Below, piece after piece: positions 29,845 to 43,788 of a DNA stretch of 64,000 nucleotides. The notes under the pieces are model-generated. The model was not told where the DNA came from and did not search any database. It saw only the letters and a list, made by a program, of their open reading frames with translations. A program made the translations under genes and the position numbers. The number at the start of each line of letters is the position of its first letter. Within the stretch, counting starts at the first letter, position 1. The stretch is from Eledone cirrhosa. Its lineage: Eukaryota. The stretch is from assembly GCA_964016885.1 (NCBI GenBank), contig OZ024740.1, positions 284,208,001-284,272,000 on the forward strand, written 5' to 3'.

Positions 29845-30911
29845 TAGAAATTTCCGTTGAAAACAGAAAAGGTCATAGAAGTGAAGAGTGCTCTATGTAA
29901 GTACCAGAGCAAAATTTAATGTATAAAAATCAATACAATATAATTACCTCATTACCAGAGGTTTCCCGAATGAGGCGAATACGAAAGAAACGTCTTCATT
30001 CGTTCGTCAGACGAGGCAATATAAAACATGGCTAAATACTTGGAGAGTCTCAAGAAAAGCAAAAAAAAAAAAAATTATATAAATATAGATAAAGGAATTA
30101 CAATAGCCATATGAAATATATAAAAATCTTTCAAGAAATATAGTTAGGTGTGTGTATATGTATGTATATACGCTCACAGATGTACATATGTGTGTATGTA
30201 CAAATGTGTACGTATAGTGAAAAAGTGTGCGTAAATATATGTGTTAGGGCAAGTGTATCTGTGTATATGTAACTACAGACAGACATGATATGATTGTCCG
30301 TTTGGCAGGTACACAGAAAAACAGGGTATTAGATACATTATAAGAATATGAAGGCACGCGTATAAACACACACACACGCACGTACTCTTATATGCGGAAG
30401 AAAAAGAGGTAAGGGAGTGTAATAGTAAAAAGAAAGTATCATTCTCGATATATTTATAAAAATGGAACAATAATTTAGAAAGAAAAAATTAAAGAAAAGA
30501 AGACAAACAAGGTACACGCGTACACATATATCTACAAGAAACGTATATCTATAAGAAATATATATATATATACACGCAAAAACGCGCAGACAAAAGCGTA
30601 TGCAAGCATACATACACACACAGGATGCACATATATACGTATATACGCCTCGCTCCATGTATATCTAATCACGCGCACGCACGCGACTGTATACACACTC
30701 ACACACACAAATATACATGCCTATATACATACGCACACTTACACATCCATACATTCAGTACGTACACACACACACATACATACACTCACGCATATTGACC
30801 TGTTTACATGCACACACATAAAAATGAGGATGTAAAAAAAGAAAAAAAAACATAGATGTAAAAACACAGATATAAAAACACACATACATACACATATATA
30901 TAGCGCTAACT

Positions 30912-30955
<44 letters not shown>

Positions 30956-32275
30956 GCACGCGCGCGCACATACGGAGGCGTTCGTGTACATATATAGAAA
31001 GTATACACACATTAAGGCGCTCAGACACATAGATACAGGGTGTAAAAAGCCTTGTGGATAAGTAAGTACAAATATAAAATTATAAGATTGGCTGCGAAAT
31101 AACAGAAAATATCTGGAGTGGAAAACGCAAGTGACCAGTGTAATCAGGTAGTGAAGAAAATAGGGAAGTAAAAAGTGGAAAGTGAAGATATTAGGTAAGT
31201 GAATCGGAGAATAAAGGGGGGGGGGGGTTATTGGTGGATGTGAAGTAAAAATAAAAATAAAAATAAAAATAAAAATAAAAATGAAATTAATAAAAAGGAT
31301 AAAAATGAAAGTAAATCAGAAAGGGTAGTCATAAAGAGAATAATAAGAGTTTATGGAGGATAAGTATCTGAAAGTGTGTTAAGTTTATATGAGCTGGAAA
31401 GCAGGTGTGATTTCATGTGTGGGCAACTGGTGAAAATTTCTGTCTTTGTGTTCAGGCAGGTCTTTGGTGATTTAAGATTTTGCAAGATCCAATATTTTTC
31501 ATTTATGCAGAGCGTGCATTTTTTTGTTCCTATTGCATATTCTTTAGATTGGTTCAAAATTGACCAATCCAATTTATATTGGATACCTTGGTCTTTCAAA
31601 TCCCATATTCTGCTAGCCAGAGCTGTTGTAAATATTTTTTCTGGATGTCGAAAGGATGCGACATGTGAGTAATAACGCGTTTTGAATTTGTCTTGCGTCA
31701 TACCCACATATCGTTCACTGGTGGCTGGATGGTTGTTGCTGATGGTTGTCACTTTAGCCGCATATACAATGGCTTTGGTGTTGCATTTACCTTGTAATGG
31801 GCATTCACTTTTGATTCTACAGGAGCAATTTTGATGTTCTCTAGGTGATTTTTTGTTGATGATATAGGATTTAATAGGGGGACCGCAGGAGTAGCTAATT
31901 TTGACACAGTTTCTATTAAAGATCTTACAGTATCTATGTGTTCTAGGGAAATGTTTATCTAGGAGCCCTAGGAATTTTTTGCCTACATTAGTTTTAACTG
32001 CTAGAGAGTAGGGGGGTGTGAACCAGATTATTTTTCTTTTCTTGTTTTTATGTTTAATAGAGTTAGTATAGTTGGGTATGTATTTAATGGGTTCGCTAAA
32101 ACCGCTATTTTGGAGGGCTTTATTATAGTAGGGGGATGCCTTATTAAAAATAGCTTCTGAGGAAGAGAGGGTGGAGATCCTACGGCTAATATTAGGGATA
32201 AGGTTTTTAAAAACTATAGGAGGATGGCAAGAGCCTTTATTTATATATTTTAAGTTTTCATTAGGTTTATGGTAT

Positions 32276-32280
<5 letters not shown>
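29845..32280 (-). mobile_element. 5'-truncated Penelope-like element: open frame 32280-31351 (linker + GIY-YIG), long 3' region, terminal hammerhead
   Basis: Uninterrupted frame KPYHKPN...SCHPP...KRKIIWFTPPYS...FNRNCVKISYSC...NCSCR..CPLQGKC...IVY...RYVG..FKTRYYSH...CTLCINEK...LN. Hammerhead at 29946-30017 (-). Confidence 0.88.
29946..30017 (-). ncRNA. Type I hammerhead ribozyme in Penelope terminal repeat
   Basis: Minus strand: gcctcgt-CTGACGA-a-cgaatga...tcattcg-g-GAAA-cc-tct-gGTA-atgaggt. Confidence 0.75.
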
Positions 32281-32329
<49 letters not shown>

Positions 32330-32336
<7 letters not shown>

Positions 32337-34115
32337 ATACTTTGGGAGGGTCATGTTGCCAATAAGAAACACACGCACCAGTTGCTTTCACTTCAATTTA
32401 TTATATATTTACAAATTTATAAATTTACAAATCTACAAAGCTATAAATTTCTGGTTGGTTGGTTGGTTCCACAACCAGATAGTTGTTTATATATAGTCAT
32501 AGTCCTTTCGTCACACACTCTGTGACCTCTTCAGTGACTGGGGATTCCTTTCTTTGTTTCTGTGCCTTTCCTTTCTTCTGTCCTACGCCATTTTGTTTCT
32601 GTGTGTGTGTTGTGTGCTCAGTTTGCGCATGCGTCACATCCGGGTGTCTGTGTGTGTTTGTGTTCATTTATCTATTTGTTTATTTATTTACATGTTGTTG
32701 GTTGGTTGTTTGTTCTATGTGTGTGTGTTTTCATTTTGTCCTTAATTGTAAGTTGTGATGTTGCTGTTCCACTCATATTTTCTATTTAATTTTGGTTGTA
32801 ATTCTTTTATGCTTACTGCCTCTGTAATTTGCCTAAACATTGCATCTTTTCTGTGTGTGGATTCTATTTTTATTTCTATGTTCTCTAATTTACCCTTGTG
32901 TTCTATCTTAGCATGTTGGTAGAGTACAGATGATTCTTTATTATCTTGAAGGTCTCGCCAGTGTTCATTTATCCGTTCCCCTATACTACGAGCTGTCTCA
33001 CCTATGTACACTATATTCTTATCTCTACATTGTCCTTCAGTACATCTTATGCTATATACTACATTTCTAGTTTTACAGTTAATATGGGGGCTTAATTTAC
33101 AGATTATACATTTCTTATCTATACAGGGAGGTCTTTGAAAAGGGTATGTATTGCTAATAAGTGTTTTTACGGAGGTACCTGGTCTTTCTACTATCTTAAT
33201 ATTGAGTTTATGTTTATTTAAGGCCCTTCTAAATTTGTAGGCTAGTTCGCCTCTAGGGGTTGTATTGATGAACATTACACTCTGGTATTTATTGCTATCA
33301 TACCATGAGTTTATTCTATTGGCTTTGTTCCTAGTTCTTTCTATTCTATTCCAAAATTTGCTCCTATACAAGGGGCAGGTCCCATTTATGTCATTATTTA
33401 CCATTTTTTCCCATTTGGTTCTGGCTCCTCTATACACTCTGATTCTATCTCTCTGATTGTAGCCAGAGAACTGCATACCGTGGATGAAGTGTTGTATGTG
33501 TCTCTCTAGTTCTTCGGGGTTGCACATGCGGGACACATTTCTCATCACCCGTACCAAATCCGCAATCAGTATGTTGATTTTGGTATGGTCCGAAATGGCC
33601 GAGTTTCGGTGGATCAGATGTTTGGAAGTCATGGGTTTGGCATAATGGGAATGGAGGATTTGTTTTTGGTTGTTAATGGTATCTAACCAGAGCTCTGTGT
33701 CTAGTACAGGTAATCGATGGTTGGGGTGTCTACTTGGGTAGTCTATAGTAACTCTAATGCTCTGGTGGATGGAGTTTGCTATTTGCTGGATGCTTTCCAT
33801 TGTGTTTTTCTCTAGTTCCTGACTGTTCTCTAGTGGGGGTGTCTTAACTACGATGTTTATATCATCTACGTAGCGGGAGTACATTATCAGGGTTAAGCTG
33901 TCTTCTAATTGTTCTTTAAGTTTAAGTTTAAACTTAAACTTAAAAAACTTAAAAAAACTTAAAGAACAATTAGAAGACAGCTTAACCCTGATAATGTACT
34001 CCCGCTACGTAGATGATATAAACATCGTAGTTAAGACACCCCCACTAGAGAACAGTCAGGAACTAGAGAAAAACACAATGGAAAGCATCCAGCAAATAGC
34101 AAACTCCATCCACCA
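32330..34115 (-). mobile_element. Second Penelope-like family: RT C-terminus + GIY-YIG (ORF 32742-33884), hammerhead in the 3' region, fold-back 5' end
   Basis: Motifs [30 protein letters not shown]...YIGETARSIGERINEH...R.ITEA..I...P.LN. 33955-34115 is the reverse complement of 33763-33923. Confidence 0.92.
32495..32539 (-). ncRNA. Minimal type I hammerhead ribozyme
   Basis: Minus strand: agtca-CTGAAGA-g-gtcaca-gagtg-tgtgac-GAAA-gga-CTA-tgact. Confidence 0.75.
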
Positions 34116-34502
<387 letters not shown>

Positions 34503-36096
34503 ATATTTATTAAAATAACAGATTAAAGTTTAAGCAAAGAATCGCTGCTTTCACCCTTAACGGGATCTTCTGAAACTAACAAAGTCAATCTGTAAACGCA
34601 GAAGTGGATATTTCAAAAAACGTTGCAACCGGAGGAAGACAGGAAGACGATACTTTGGTTCGTGGAAACGTTCGCTGGCAAAGAACGGGTATACGAGAAG
34701 GTATACGTACCTTCACAAAACATACGTTACCCTCTAAGAAGGAATATGACGTCACTTTCAGCTTATATCTGGAGTCTAAAAGACAACCACACCCAATATA
34801 AGTTACACTGGGAGATCCTAGCTAGGGCTAGATCGTATAACGGAAATAAAAGACCATGTGACCTCTGCGCCGCTGAGACCCTGGAAATACTCTACGCCAC
34901 AGACCACATCTTAAACAAAAAATCTGAGGCAATTTCGGCTTGTAAACATAAATTGCACAAAACCTTCCTGTATTACATCCCCACGTTATACCCTAACGGA
35001 TAGTACGATCTATACGTGGATATTTACGTCTTGATGTGGGAGCTAAGTATATGTTTTGTTTATACCATTACTTATTTGCATAGGTAAGTATATATTACCC
35101 GTATGTTTTGTGAAAGTACGTATACCTTCTCGTACGTATATTTGATTGTTTATGTTATGGCGTATAAATTTATATATTCTGGTACATATGGTTTGGCTAT
35201 GTGTATACGGGAGTTTTGCGTCTGTGTGAGTATGCAGGTTCGTACGTATGTAGGGTGTGTGTATATGTGTACTTCATGTTTTGGTTGACTTACGTCTCCG
35301 AACATTCGTGTATTTATATGTAGGTATGTGTGTGTGTTTGTTATATACGTATTTATTTATTTATATACGTTTATATAATTATTTATTTATTTGTATACAC
35401 GCATACACACACACACATATCTATATGTGCGTGGTTTTGTATACCTATGGTAAGTGTTTTGCGTATGCTTGTGTATGTACGTATTTGTTTGCGTGTATGT
35501 ATTTATTTATTTCTATTACTTCTGTATTGTATTTATTTACTTTGTTCTTAACTCTGTAGCGGAGATTCATTCGGTCTCCTAGTTAGAATTTTAGTCTACG
35601 ACTTCTGCTATACCATTTACGTGGTTTTGTCTTTGCGTGCTATCGTTCTCCACGCTCCACATATGATGTATTATCTTCGTTTTTTTCGTTCATTGCCAGA
35701 GAACGTCTCTATGAACCACCTAAGAGAACATTAGTCTACGACCTCTTTTATGCCATATACGTGGTTCTGTCTTTGCACGTAATTGTTTTTCACCGCTCCT
35801 ATTAATGACGTATTATATTCGTTTTTTCCCGTTCTTTACCAGCGAACGTTTCCACGAACCAAAGTATCGTCTTCCTGTCTTCCTCCGGTTGCGTTTTTTG
35901 AAATATCCACTTCTGCGTTTACAGATTGACTTTGTTAGTTTCAGAAGATCCCGTTAAGGGTGAAAGCAGCGATTCTTTGCTTAAACTTTAATCTGTTATT
36001 TTAATAAATATTTGCTCTACGGTTCTTATATATTTGATATATATTTATCCTTATCGAGCCCTCTTTGGATTTTAGTCTTCAAATTTATTATTATTA
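34503..36096 (+). mobile_element. Truncated Penelope-like element with inverted 5' pseudo-LTR (34503-34689) and direct 3' pseudo-LTR (about 35828-36096)
   Basis: GIY-YIG C-terminus RYPLRRNMTSLSAYIW...CDLCAAETLEI...LNKKSE...C.H ends at 35003. 34503-34689 is the reverse complement of 35828-36011. Confidence 0.88.
35921..35996 (+). ncRNA. Variant type I hammerhead fold (core CAGAAGA instead of CUGANGA)
   Basis: acagattga-ctttgtt-agttt-CAGAAGA-t-ccc-gttaa-ggg-t-GAAA-gca-gcgattctt-tgCTT-aaact-ttaatctgt. All three helices pair. Confidence 0.62.
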
Positions 36097-36108
36097 TATA
36101 TATATATA

Positions 36109-36293
36109 GGCGGTGAATTGGCAGTATCGGTAGAGGGTTGGACGCCATGCTTTGACGCATAGAGTTACGGCCCTTGCCATTCTGAGTTCAAATCCCGCCG
36201 AGGTTAACTTTGCCTTTCATCCTTATGGGGTCGATAAAATAAAGTACCAGTAATGTACTGGATAATTGCTGGCCTTGTGCCAAAAGTAGAAAC

Positions 36294-36298
<5 letters not shown>
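36109..36298 (+). mobile_element. Full-length tRNA-derived SINE (family A; central motif resembles the Meta-SINE domain)
   Basis: A box TGGCAGTATCGG, B box GAGTTCAAATCC, then GCCTTTCATCCTTATGGGGTCGATAAAATAAAGTACCAG. Confidence 0.88.
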
Positions 36299-36364
<66 letters not shown>

Positions 36365-36365
<1 letters not shown>

Positions 36366-36706
36366 GAGGCACATGGCTTAGTGGTTAGAGCATTGGCCTT
36401 GCAATTGAAAGGTTGTGAGTTCAATTCTCAGACCGGGTGATGTGTTGTTTCCTTGAGCAAGACACTTTATTTCACATTGCTCCAGTTTACTCAGCTGTAG
36501 AAATGAGATGATAGGGACTGGGGTCCCTATCATTCCACTGCGAAGTGGTTGTGGAGGTGCCACGGCAAAAAAGCACCCAGCACTCACTGTAAATGAGGTT
36601 GGTGTTAGGAAGGGCATCCAGCTGTAGAAATCAAGCCAGAATCAGTTCCCGTCCCACCCTTGCAAGCAGGGAAAAGCGGACGTAAAATGATGATGATGAT
36701 GATGAT
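36365..36706 (+). mobile_element. tRNA-derived SINE family B (CORE-like block + RTE-derived bipartite tail)
   Basis: A box TGGCTTAGTGG, B box GAGTTCAATTC, CCTTGAGCAAGACACTT, aaaagcacccag...ggtgttaggaagggcatcc, ggacgtaaaa(tga)n. Confidence 0.9.
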
Positions 36707-36786
36707 ATATATATATATATATATGTATATGTACGTGGGAAAGTAAAAAAATCGGAGAATAGACCGTTAAAACATGTTTATTTAAA

Positions 36787-36832
36787 ATATCACCTACGTA
36801 CGTTTCGCCCAGTTGGGCTTCTCAAGGGCATA
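36787..36832 (-). ncRNA. Minimal hammerhead-like motif with U3-A8 core covariation
   Basis: Minus strand: gccc-TTGAGAA-gccca-ac-tgggc-GAAAC-gtac-GTA-ggtg. Helix III is palindromic and helix I is weak. Confidence 0.45.
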
Positions 36833-37029
36833 AATAATCACAAGTGTTCCTTATATTGCTCGGAAAAAGTTTTGGGGGTTAAATCCACATCGAGGTTCAT
36901 TGCTCGCAAAATTATCTTGTTTTGATTTTGCAGCAGGTCAAGGGAGGTAACTTTCCCGGACAAATTTTTTTTTTTTTTTTTTTTTTTTGTATATGTATAT
37001 GTATATATGTATATATATACATATATAGA

Positions 37030-37064
<35 letters not shown>

Positions 37065-37087
37065 GTATTTATATATACATATATATA

Positions 37088-37690
37088 TAAACAGAAAGAA
37101 TGAGTGGAACAACAACAACACCCAAACAAACAACACTGACCTTAGAGAAGTATAAATAAGTAAATAAAATTAAATAAAATAAGATAAATAAATACATACA
37201 CAAGCACAATAACAACAAGCACATAAACACACACTAGTCACCCAGCAGACACAACACTATACACACACATCACACATAACACTATACACACACGCAAACG
37301 CATGCGCAAAGAAGACAAATAAAATAAGATAAACCAACAAGCAAATAAATAAATAAATATATAGACTGAACAAAAAAAAAATGGCGTAGACATACAACAC
37401 AACAGGAGGAACAATGAATATAACACCACTGACGATGTTGCAGATGTGCAACGAAAGATTTATGTAAATTATGTAAACTATATATATATATATGTGTTTG
37501 TGTCTATATTGTATCTGTATTATTTTTGACCGCCGGTCAGTCAATGGCAACATTGAGGACCGAGTAAGTTAGATCGCAGATATAATAAAAGACAGCGAGA
37601 AGCGAAAACCAACCAAACAGTGAGTGTGTTCTGTTATTAATTCTGGCAATATTACGCAAATATGACCCTCCCCAAGTATAACAATATCTG
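37088..37690 (+). mobile_element. 3' fragment of a Penelope related to the 32.3-34.1 kb family
   Basis: NRKNEWNNN resembles NRKYEWNSN. It shares the end atgaccctccca(a)agtataacaata. A degenerate hammerhead CTGACGA-t-gttgca/tgcaac-GAAA lies at about 37429-37462. Confidence 0.7.
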
Positions 37691-37743
37691 TTTCGACACA
37701 CGATTTCATATAAAAAACCTCGCAAAACTAATTCATCGCCGCC

Positions 37744-38090
37744 ATATATATATAAATATATATATATAACCCATGCTAGCGTGGAAGATGGACGTTAAAT
37801 GATGATGATGATGATATATATCCACACGCACATATATATATGTACATATATGTATGTGTGTGTGTGTACAAATATATACATAGACATATATATATACAAA
37901 TATATACATAGACATATATATACATACATATATATACATATGTCTATGTATATATTTGTACACACACACACATACATATATGTATATATATATATATGTG
38001 CGTGTGGATATATATCATCATCATCATCATCATTTAACGTCCATCTTCCACGCTAGCATGGGTTATATATATATATTTATATATATATAT
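37744..38090. repeat. Fold-back palindrome of an RTE tail plus flanking microsatellite
   Basis: cccatgctagcgtggaagatggacgttaaa(tga)n...gtacaaatatatacatagacat and its reverse complement. Confidence 0.85.
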
Positions 38091-39001
38091 GCACACACAC
38101 ATTATATATATACACACACACACACACTCACACACACTGATTCTTTTCTCTATGCAGCAATTAGCATTCATTATGAACCATTTAGACAGTCAAATGTAAA
38201 CAGACAGACTTGTCAAATATTAGCCTTTTTACTGTCAACATAAAGTGCAATCAAATATCAGTTTACAGAACTAAGTACCAGCTTTCATGCACAGTATGAC
38301 TTTTTTATTCTTCTATTGCTTTCAATCATTGAATTGTGACTATGCTGTGATACTGCTTTCTGTGGCCACTTTCATTGACCTTAGTACCTAATCTATCCCC
38401 CTTGGAAGGATGACAGGCAAAATGGATCTAGGTGAGATTTGAACACATAACATAAATGGATAGAACTAAACACCACAAGGTATTTTGTACATCACTGTTG
38501 TTTCTGCCAATATAAATCAAATTGGTTACCCAAACCACATTATCAATTACATAGCAAAGCAGCTACCTGCACATCCACATGCACACACCTCCGAGTTTGT
38601 TTGATACAGTAGCAAAACATACCATTATTTACTGTTAGGTTGTTGTTTTAAATCGTTTATATATGTATGAACCTGTATCTCCTGATGGGATCATAGGAGC
38701 ACAGTAATGACATATAGCGTGTCTTAGGTATTCTAAATCTAGTATAGCTCATCTCCTCTCCAAGCCTGAACATAGTTGATTTCTTTCAGAGGAGAGTGAG
38801 AATGATAGCAATAAAGTGAGAAAGGGATATAGAGGAAAAATAGATACTAGTATTGGATTACTACTTTATTTATTGAACATTGAAGTTGACATCACCAGGT
38901 TTTAAACTCAAAGCACAGAGAGCTGCAATGAATATTACAAAGCATTCTACTTGACACTCTAACAACTGTCAATTTGCCACCTTTGTTTCAAATTATCACC
39001 T

Positions 39002-39039
<38 letters not shown>

Positions 39040-39230
39040 ATTCAAGATTATTGGATGACAGTTTGCCTACTAATGTATGATCCATCTTTCTCAAACGAAT
39101 GTAACAGTAATCTTAGCTCAAAATATGTTAGGACAACAATGTGTGTTAATATGAAGACAAATAGAAAGTTTTTTTAATATATTTTCCTCTTTTTTAGCCC
39201 TGTTGACACCAAACTACCTGTAACCATTAA

Positions 39231-39473
39231 CCCTTTAACATTTACATTACTCTATATTTACTATTGTATAGTAAATACAATAAAGGCTTTACCTCATAGT
39301 AAAGGTTTTACCTCACGTAGTTATCTCAAATGATATCGAATCTACAAGATTTTGATGTTATTTATTTTGAGAACAATACCTTAAAATCAGTATGAACAGG
39401 CAGGTACGGCTGGTTTGAACAGAGATAGTTGAGAGAATTCTGGTTGGATATGGCCAGTTTAAATGCTAAAGGG
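39231..39473. mobile_element. piggyBac-like MITE (family of 3229)
   Basis: TTAA|CCCTTTAACATTTA ... TAAATGCTAAAGGG|TTAG. Confidence 0.72.
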
Positions 39474-40876
39474 TTAGAGGTTCTATGATATAAAACTATT
39501 TGTTTTGAAATATTTATGTTTATCTAAAAGCCTTCAAATATAACCATTCATTAATTCTTAACACACAATGTATCAGTATTTAACGTTTGCTTTCTCTACT
39601 AGCAAGTACTGGATGGGTCTACATAGACCAGGTTAGTACTGAAGTGGAGCTACTGGCCTCACAGACAGGCCAGGGGTCTGCATCTCACATCCATATATAA
39701 TTCATATTCAGTTATCAGATTATTAACAATAATGGATGTAAGGTAGGTAGGGAGGTTAAATTAATAGCACACAGTTGTATCAAAACCAATGGTCAAGTTA
39801 GGCTACTTAATTTGTAATAGGCACATTTTAACATTAATATAATAACTTGGGTTCAAATCCTACAATTTTCTTTATGAAAGTGACCAGGAAATTATGGTCA
39901 AAGCAAATGGGTATTTATTTAGCTTACTGGAAAACAATAGACAGATAGCAACTGATGTTAAGTTACATGTTAGTATTGCCATTTTTTTTTTGTAATTATC
40001 AATCAATTGGAAGTGATTGCTATACTTTCTATATATTAGACATGAACCATCAATTAATTATAAATTATTTTCAGCTCACTATATCAAATATTTCTGCCAG
40101 GAGTTGTGACTGGTACATAGTATCAGCAATGAAAAGACCAATGGAAACATTGTTTCCTTGGTTCAATTTCATGAGTTCCACCGCACTCAGTAAGTGAATG
40201 AAGTCTGGGTTCTTGTGGATTGAATAAAATAAAAAATATCAAGTATGGTAGCCTGTACTTAATATGTTCTTCATGAAGAAAGCATTCTTTGGATATTTTC
40301 TGATGTCATAATCATAAATTATTTAATTTTTTTTCATACCAAAATTATAAACTCTTGAAGTTAATCTATGGTTAAGTAGCTTTGTGCTAACTATCCCCTG
40401 TTGATAAAATTCAATTAGACTGAAACATGTCCAGAGTTTTCATCAGAGCTACCAAAGATCAGACTTACAATCTGCATCATTGAATTTAATCCTTGGCTGA
40501 TGGAAATTTTGAGAATTATCTCCATTGCTTTCTGTGAGGAGAGATTTTCATTAATACTAATGAATTTTCATCTTATAAAAGCTATGATTTCAATTAATTG
40601 AAAAATATTTTTAGCCAACCACATCAAATATTGTAGCTTCACTTAACTAAAAGAGAGCCAATCGGGCCTATACATACTGACATGATTTCAGTCAATCACG
40701 GAATTGCATTGTCTCTTGATATGTTTTTTCCTCAACAATAACTTTCAATGTAACCTTGTTATTTGAACCAATACCAAGAATTATACAAGAATTTACTTTA
40801 TGAAAATGTTTAAATTTCTAATAGACAAATTGTTAGCAGATTATTTGATCTAAGTAAAAGAATAAACTTACATATA

Positions 40877-41224
40877 GAAGGCACATGGCTTAGTGGTTAG
40901 AGCATTGGCCTTGCAATCAAAAGGTTGTGAGTTCAATTCTCAGACCGGGTGATGTGTTGTTTCCTTGAGCAAGACACTTTATTTCACATTGCTCCAGTTT
41001 ACTCAGCTGTAGAAATGAGATGATAGGGACTAGGGTCCATATCATTTCACTTCAAAGTGGTTGTGGAGGTGCCACGGCAAAAAAGCACCCAGCACTCACT
41101 GTAAATGAGGTTGGTGTTAGGAAAAGCATCCAGCTGTATAAATCAAGCCAGAATCAGTTCCCGTCCCACCCTTGCAAGCAGGGAAAAAGCGGATGTAAAA
41201 TGAAATGATGATGATGATGATGAT
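40877..41224 (+). mobile_element. SINE family B
   Basis: Near-identical to 36365-36706. Confidence 0.9.
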
Positions 41225-43788
41225 AGAAAGTTTCACTTTATCATACTCTATACAAAATGGCTTTTGCAATTTCTCTGTTAAACTGAAAAAAAGCTGAAAT
41301 CTGAAACATTCAGTAAAAGTGACTGAAGTCGAAGCATAATTCTTATTCCACCAACCCATTTACATAGTTTTTTACCATTTTGTTTATCAACAATATTCCC
41401 ATGATTCTATCATTTATTATCATCTTTAATATTCAAAAATATGATTAGAAATGCAAAAATAAAATGCTTTAACACAATATAGCATTGATAAAATTCTCCA
41501 GAGAACTCCAGAATCTATCTTTATAGAAAAAAAATATTTTTATGTATCTATAATTATTCTAAGTATCTATTTTTACTTGATTTCATAGTGTTTTTCAAAT
41601 TCTTTGCCATGTTTTATGGCTGTGTGTGGTGTTATTTGGTTGACAATCCCAGAAAAAGAAATAATGGAAAAGTCTAAAAAAAAAAACAAAAAAAAAAAAA
41701 CACAATTGCTTTAATATCCTAGAATGGTTCTTTTCCCAGTGAAGTGTAATTCAAAAATTAAATAAGCAAAGTCTTGTGAATGGATGCCTTTTTTTAATAA
41801 GAAAATCTAGAATAAAACCTAGAACAAAACATTTGAAGATCTTGGTTATTGTGAACATTTTAAAGTAGGAGACACAATTCAAATTTGTGTAATCTCATTC
41901 ATGAAATTAAACATTGACAAATTTTCCATTTTGTTAAATATTTTTCTATCTACTAAAACTTCATGAAAGTACAATTATGAACAGAAATATTTCACAATTT
42001 CTTCTGAAACTGAAGTAATTACATGAATACACAAAAACACTTTAGAAAAAAAACTTCATTATTGATCAACTGTAAACTCAGTAAATTACAGGTAGGTGGC
42101 AATGTACTGAATGACAGGTGCAAAAAGTTCTAAATGAATTAAAATTTGCCATTTAATTGGAGAAAGAAAACAAAAAGTTATTGGCCATTGTTAGTAACTC
42201 TCAAAGAAAAAGGAAAATAATTTCAAGAAATTCAGAACTAATCTCACAGAAAATCAAATTTTCGTGCTTAATGGTAAAATGTGATCTTTGTTAATAGGCA
42301 ATGCGACAGCAACAGACATATTTCTGTCTGCTCAAACCTATTTTAATCAGTGATCAATGGACAGTATTGGTATTGTGTAAAGCACTCATAGGTTTGAACA
42401 AGTGAAAAGTAGTTCATTATTTTTTTGTGGCAGTGAAATAAGTTAACTACTTTTTCAAAACTAATTAATATGCTACTTATTTCAGTCTATAAAGTTGAAG
42501 CTGACTGAGTCAATGTTGTGCCGAATTACTAAATGTTTTTATTAATATGAAGATGGGCCCTGATTAAACAGGCTATGACCATTCTATCTTTTTTAGGTAT
42601 AAGTGTATCTTGGACTACATTATCCAATGTATCCTTTCCTGTAAAACTAACTATATATTGAAAGCACTGAAATAAATGTGGTCAGCGCACATTTATAATG
42701 AAATTATTTAATTAATCCCAATTTTCACCACTCAAGCATGTTTTTTTTCTGTGAATATTTCTATATAGTAAACAGGAAAAACAAAGGCAAAGTTTATACT
42801 TCTGCCGATGACAGTTAAAAATAAAGAAATGTTTAGGCTTATTTCCCTTGCTAGACTAGAGAATAATTAGAGTTAACCCATAATAGTTTTTCTAATCATT
42901 GTATTTATCCCTACTGTGATTATTTCTAATTTTGAAGACATTGGAAATAATAAAACCTACATAAAAAAAATATATATATATATATATATTGTAATGTATA
43001 TCAAGCCTGCTAACTTAAAGTTGTTTGTGCCCTCACCACAGCTATAATCAATATATATATATATATATATCAAATAATAAAGAAGGGAAAATACATTTAT
43101 GTTTGAAATATAAATCAAAGATACAGTTTTCTAAGCTGCATGATGTGGTTTAGGATATTTGATCTTCTGCCTTCCTCAATTATTATATCAAATCTTTGCC
43201 AAATGACATGAGTTCATGATGGCTATGTTTGAACCTAATTACATTGATTTAAGTGCAGTTTTTCCTTTATACTTAAATATGTGTGGTTGGCATTTAACCA
43301 AAACAAAATACATACAAATTTCTAAATCTGGTAAAAATATAATTTCAAACAATATGGCATGTTTTAAAGAAAATAAAATTCTGCAAATAATTTTTTGTTC
43401 TTTTTTGGAACAATACCAGGAAAGGAATAATTGAGCTACCTGAATATAAAAGTATTCATTATTAAGAGAAAAGAAAACTAATATTTAGACAAGAACCTTT
43501 ATAATTCTCAATAGGGGAATTGTAAAAATAGAATGTATTACTCATTATTTTCTTTGTAGCAAATAGGATTTCATAAATTCTTTGCATTGAATACAGTTTA
43601 GACCTTCAGTATGAAAGCAAATATACATATAAATATTTCAATTCATTGAAACAGATCTTCCAACTTTGCTTTCATTCATCTAAACCAAATAGTCTGGAAA
43701 TCTATTTCCATTATTTATGTGTGTATGTACACACACACACACATATATGTATATATATACATATATATATATGTATATGCGTATATAT

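Noticed and set aside
36109-36440. Genuine tRNA genes
   Set aside because: A and B boxes are present, but they run into SINE bodies and do not form a complete cloverleaf.
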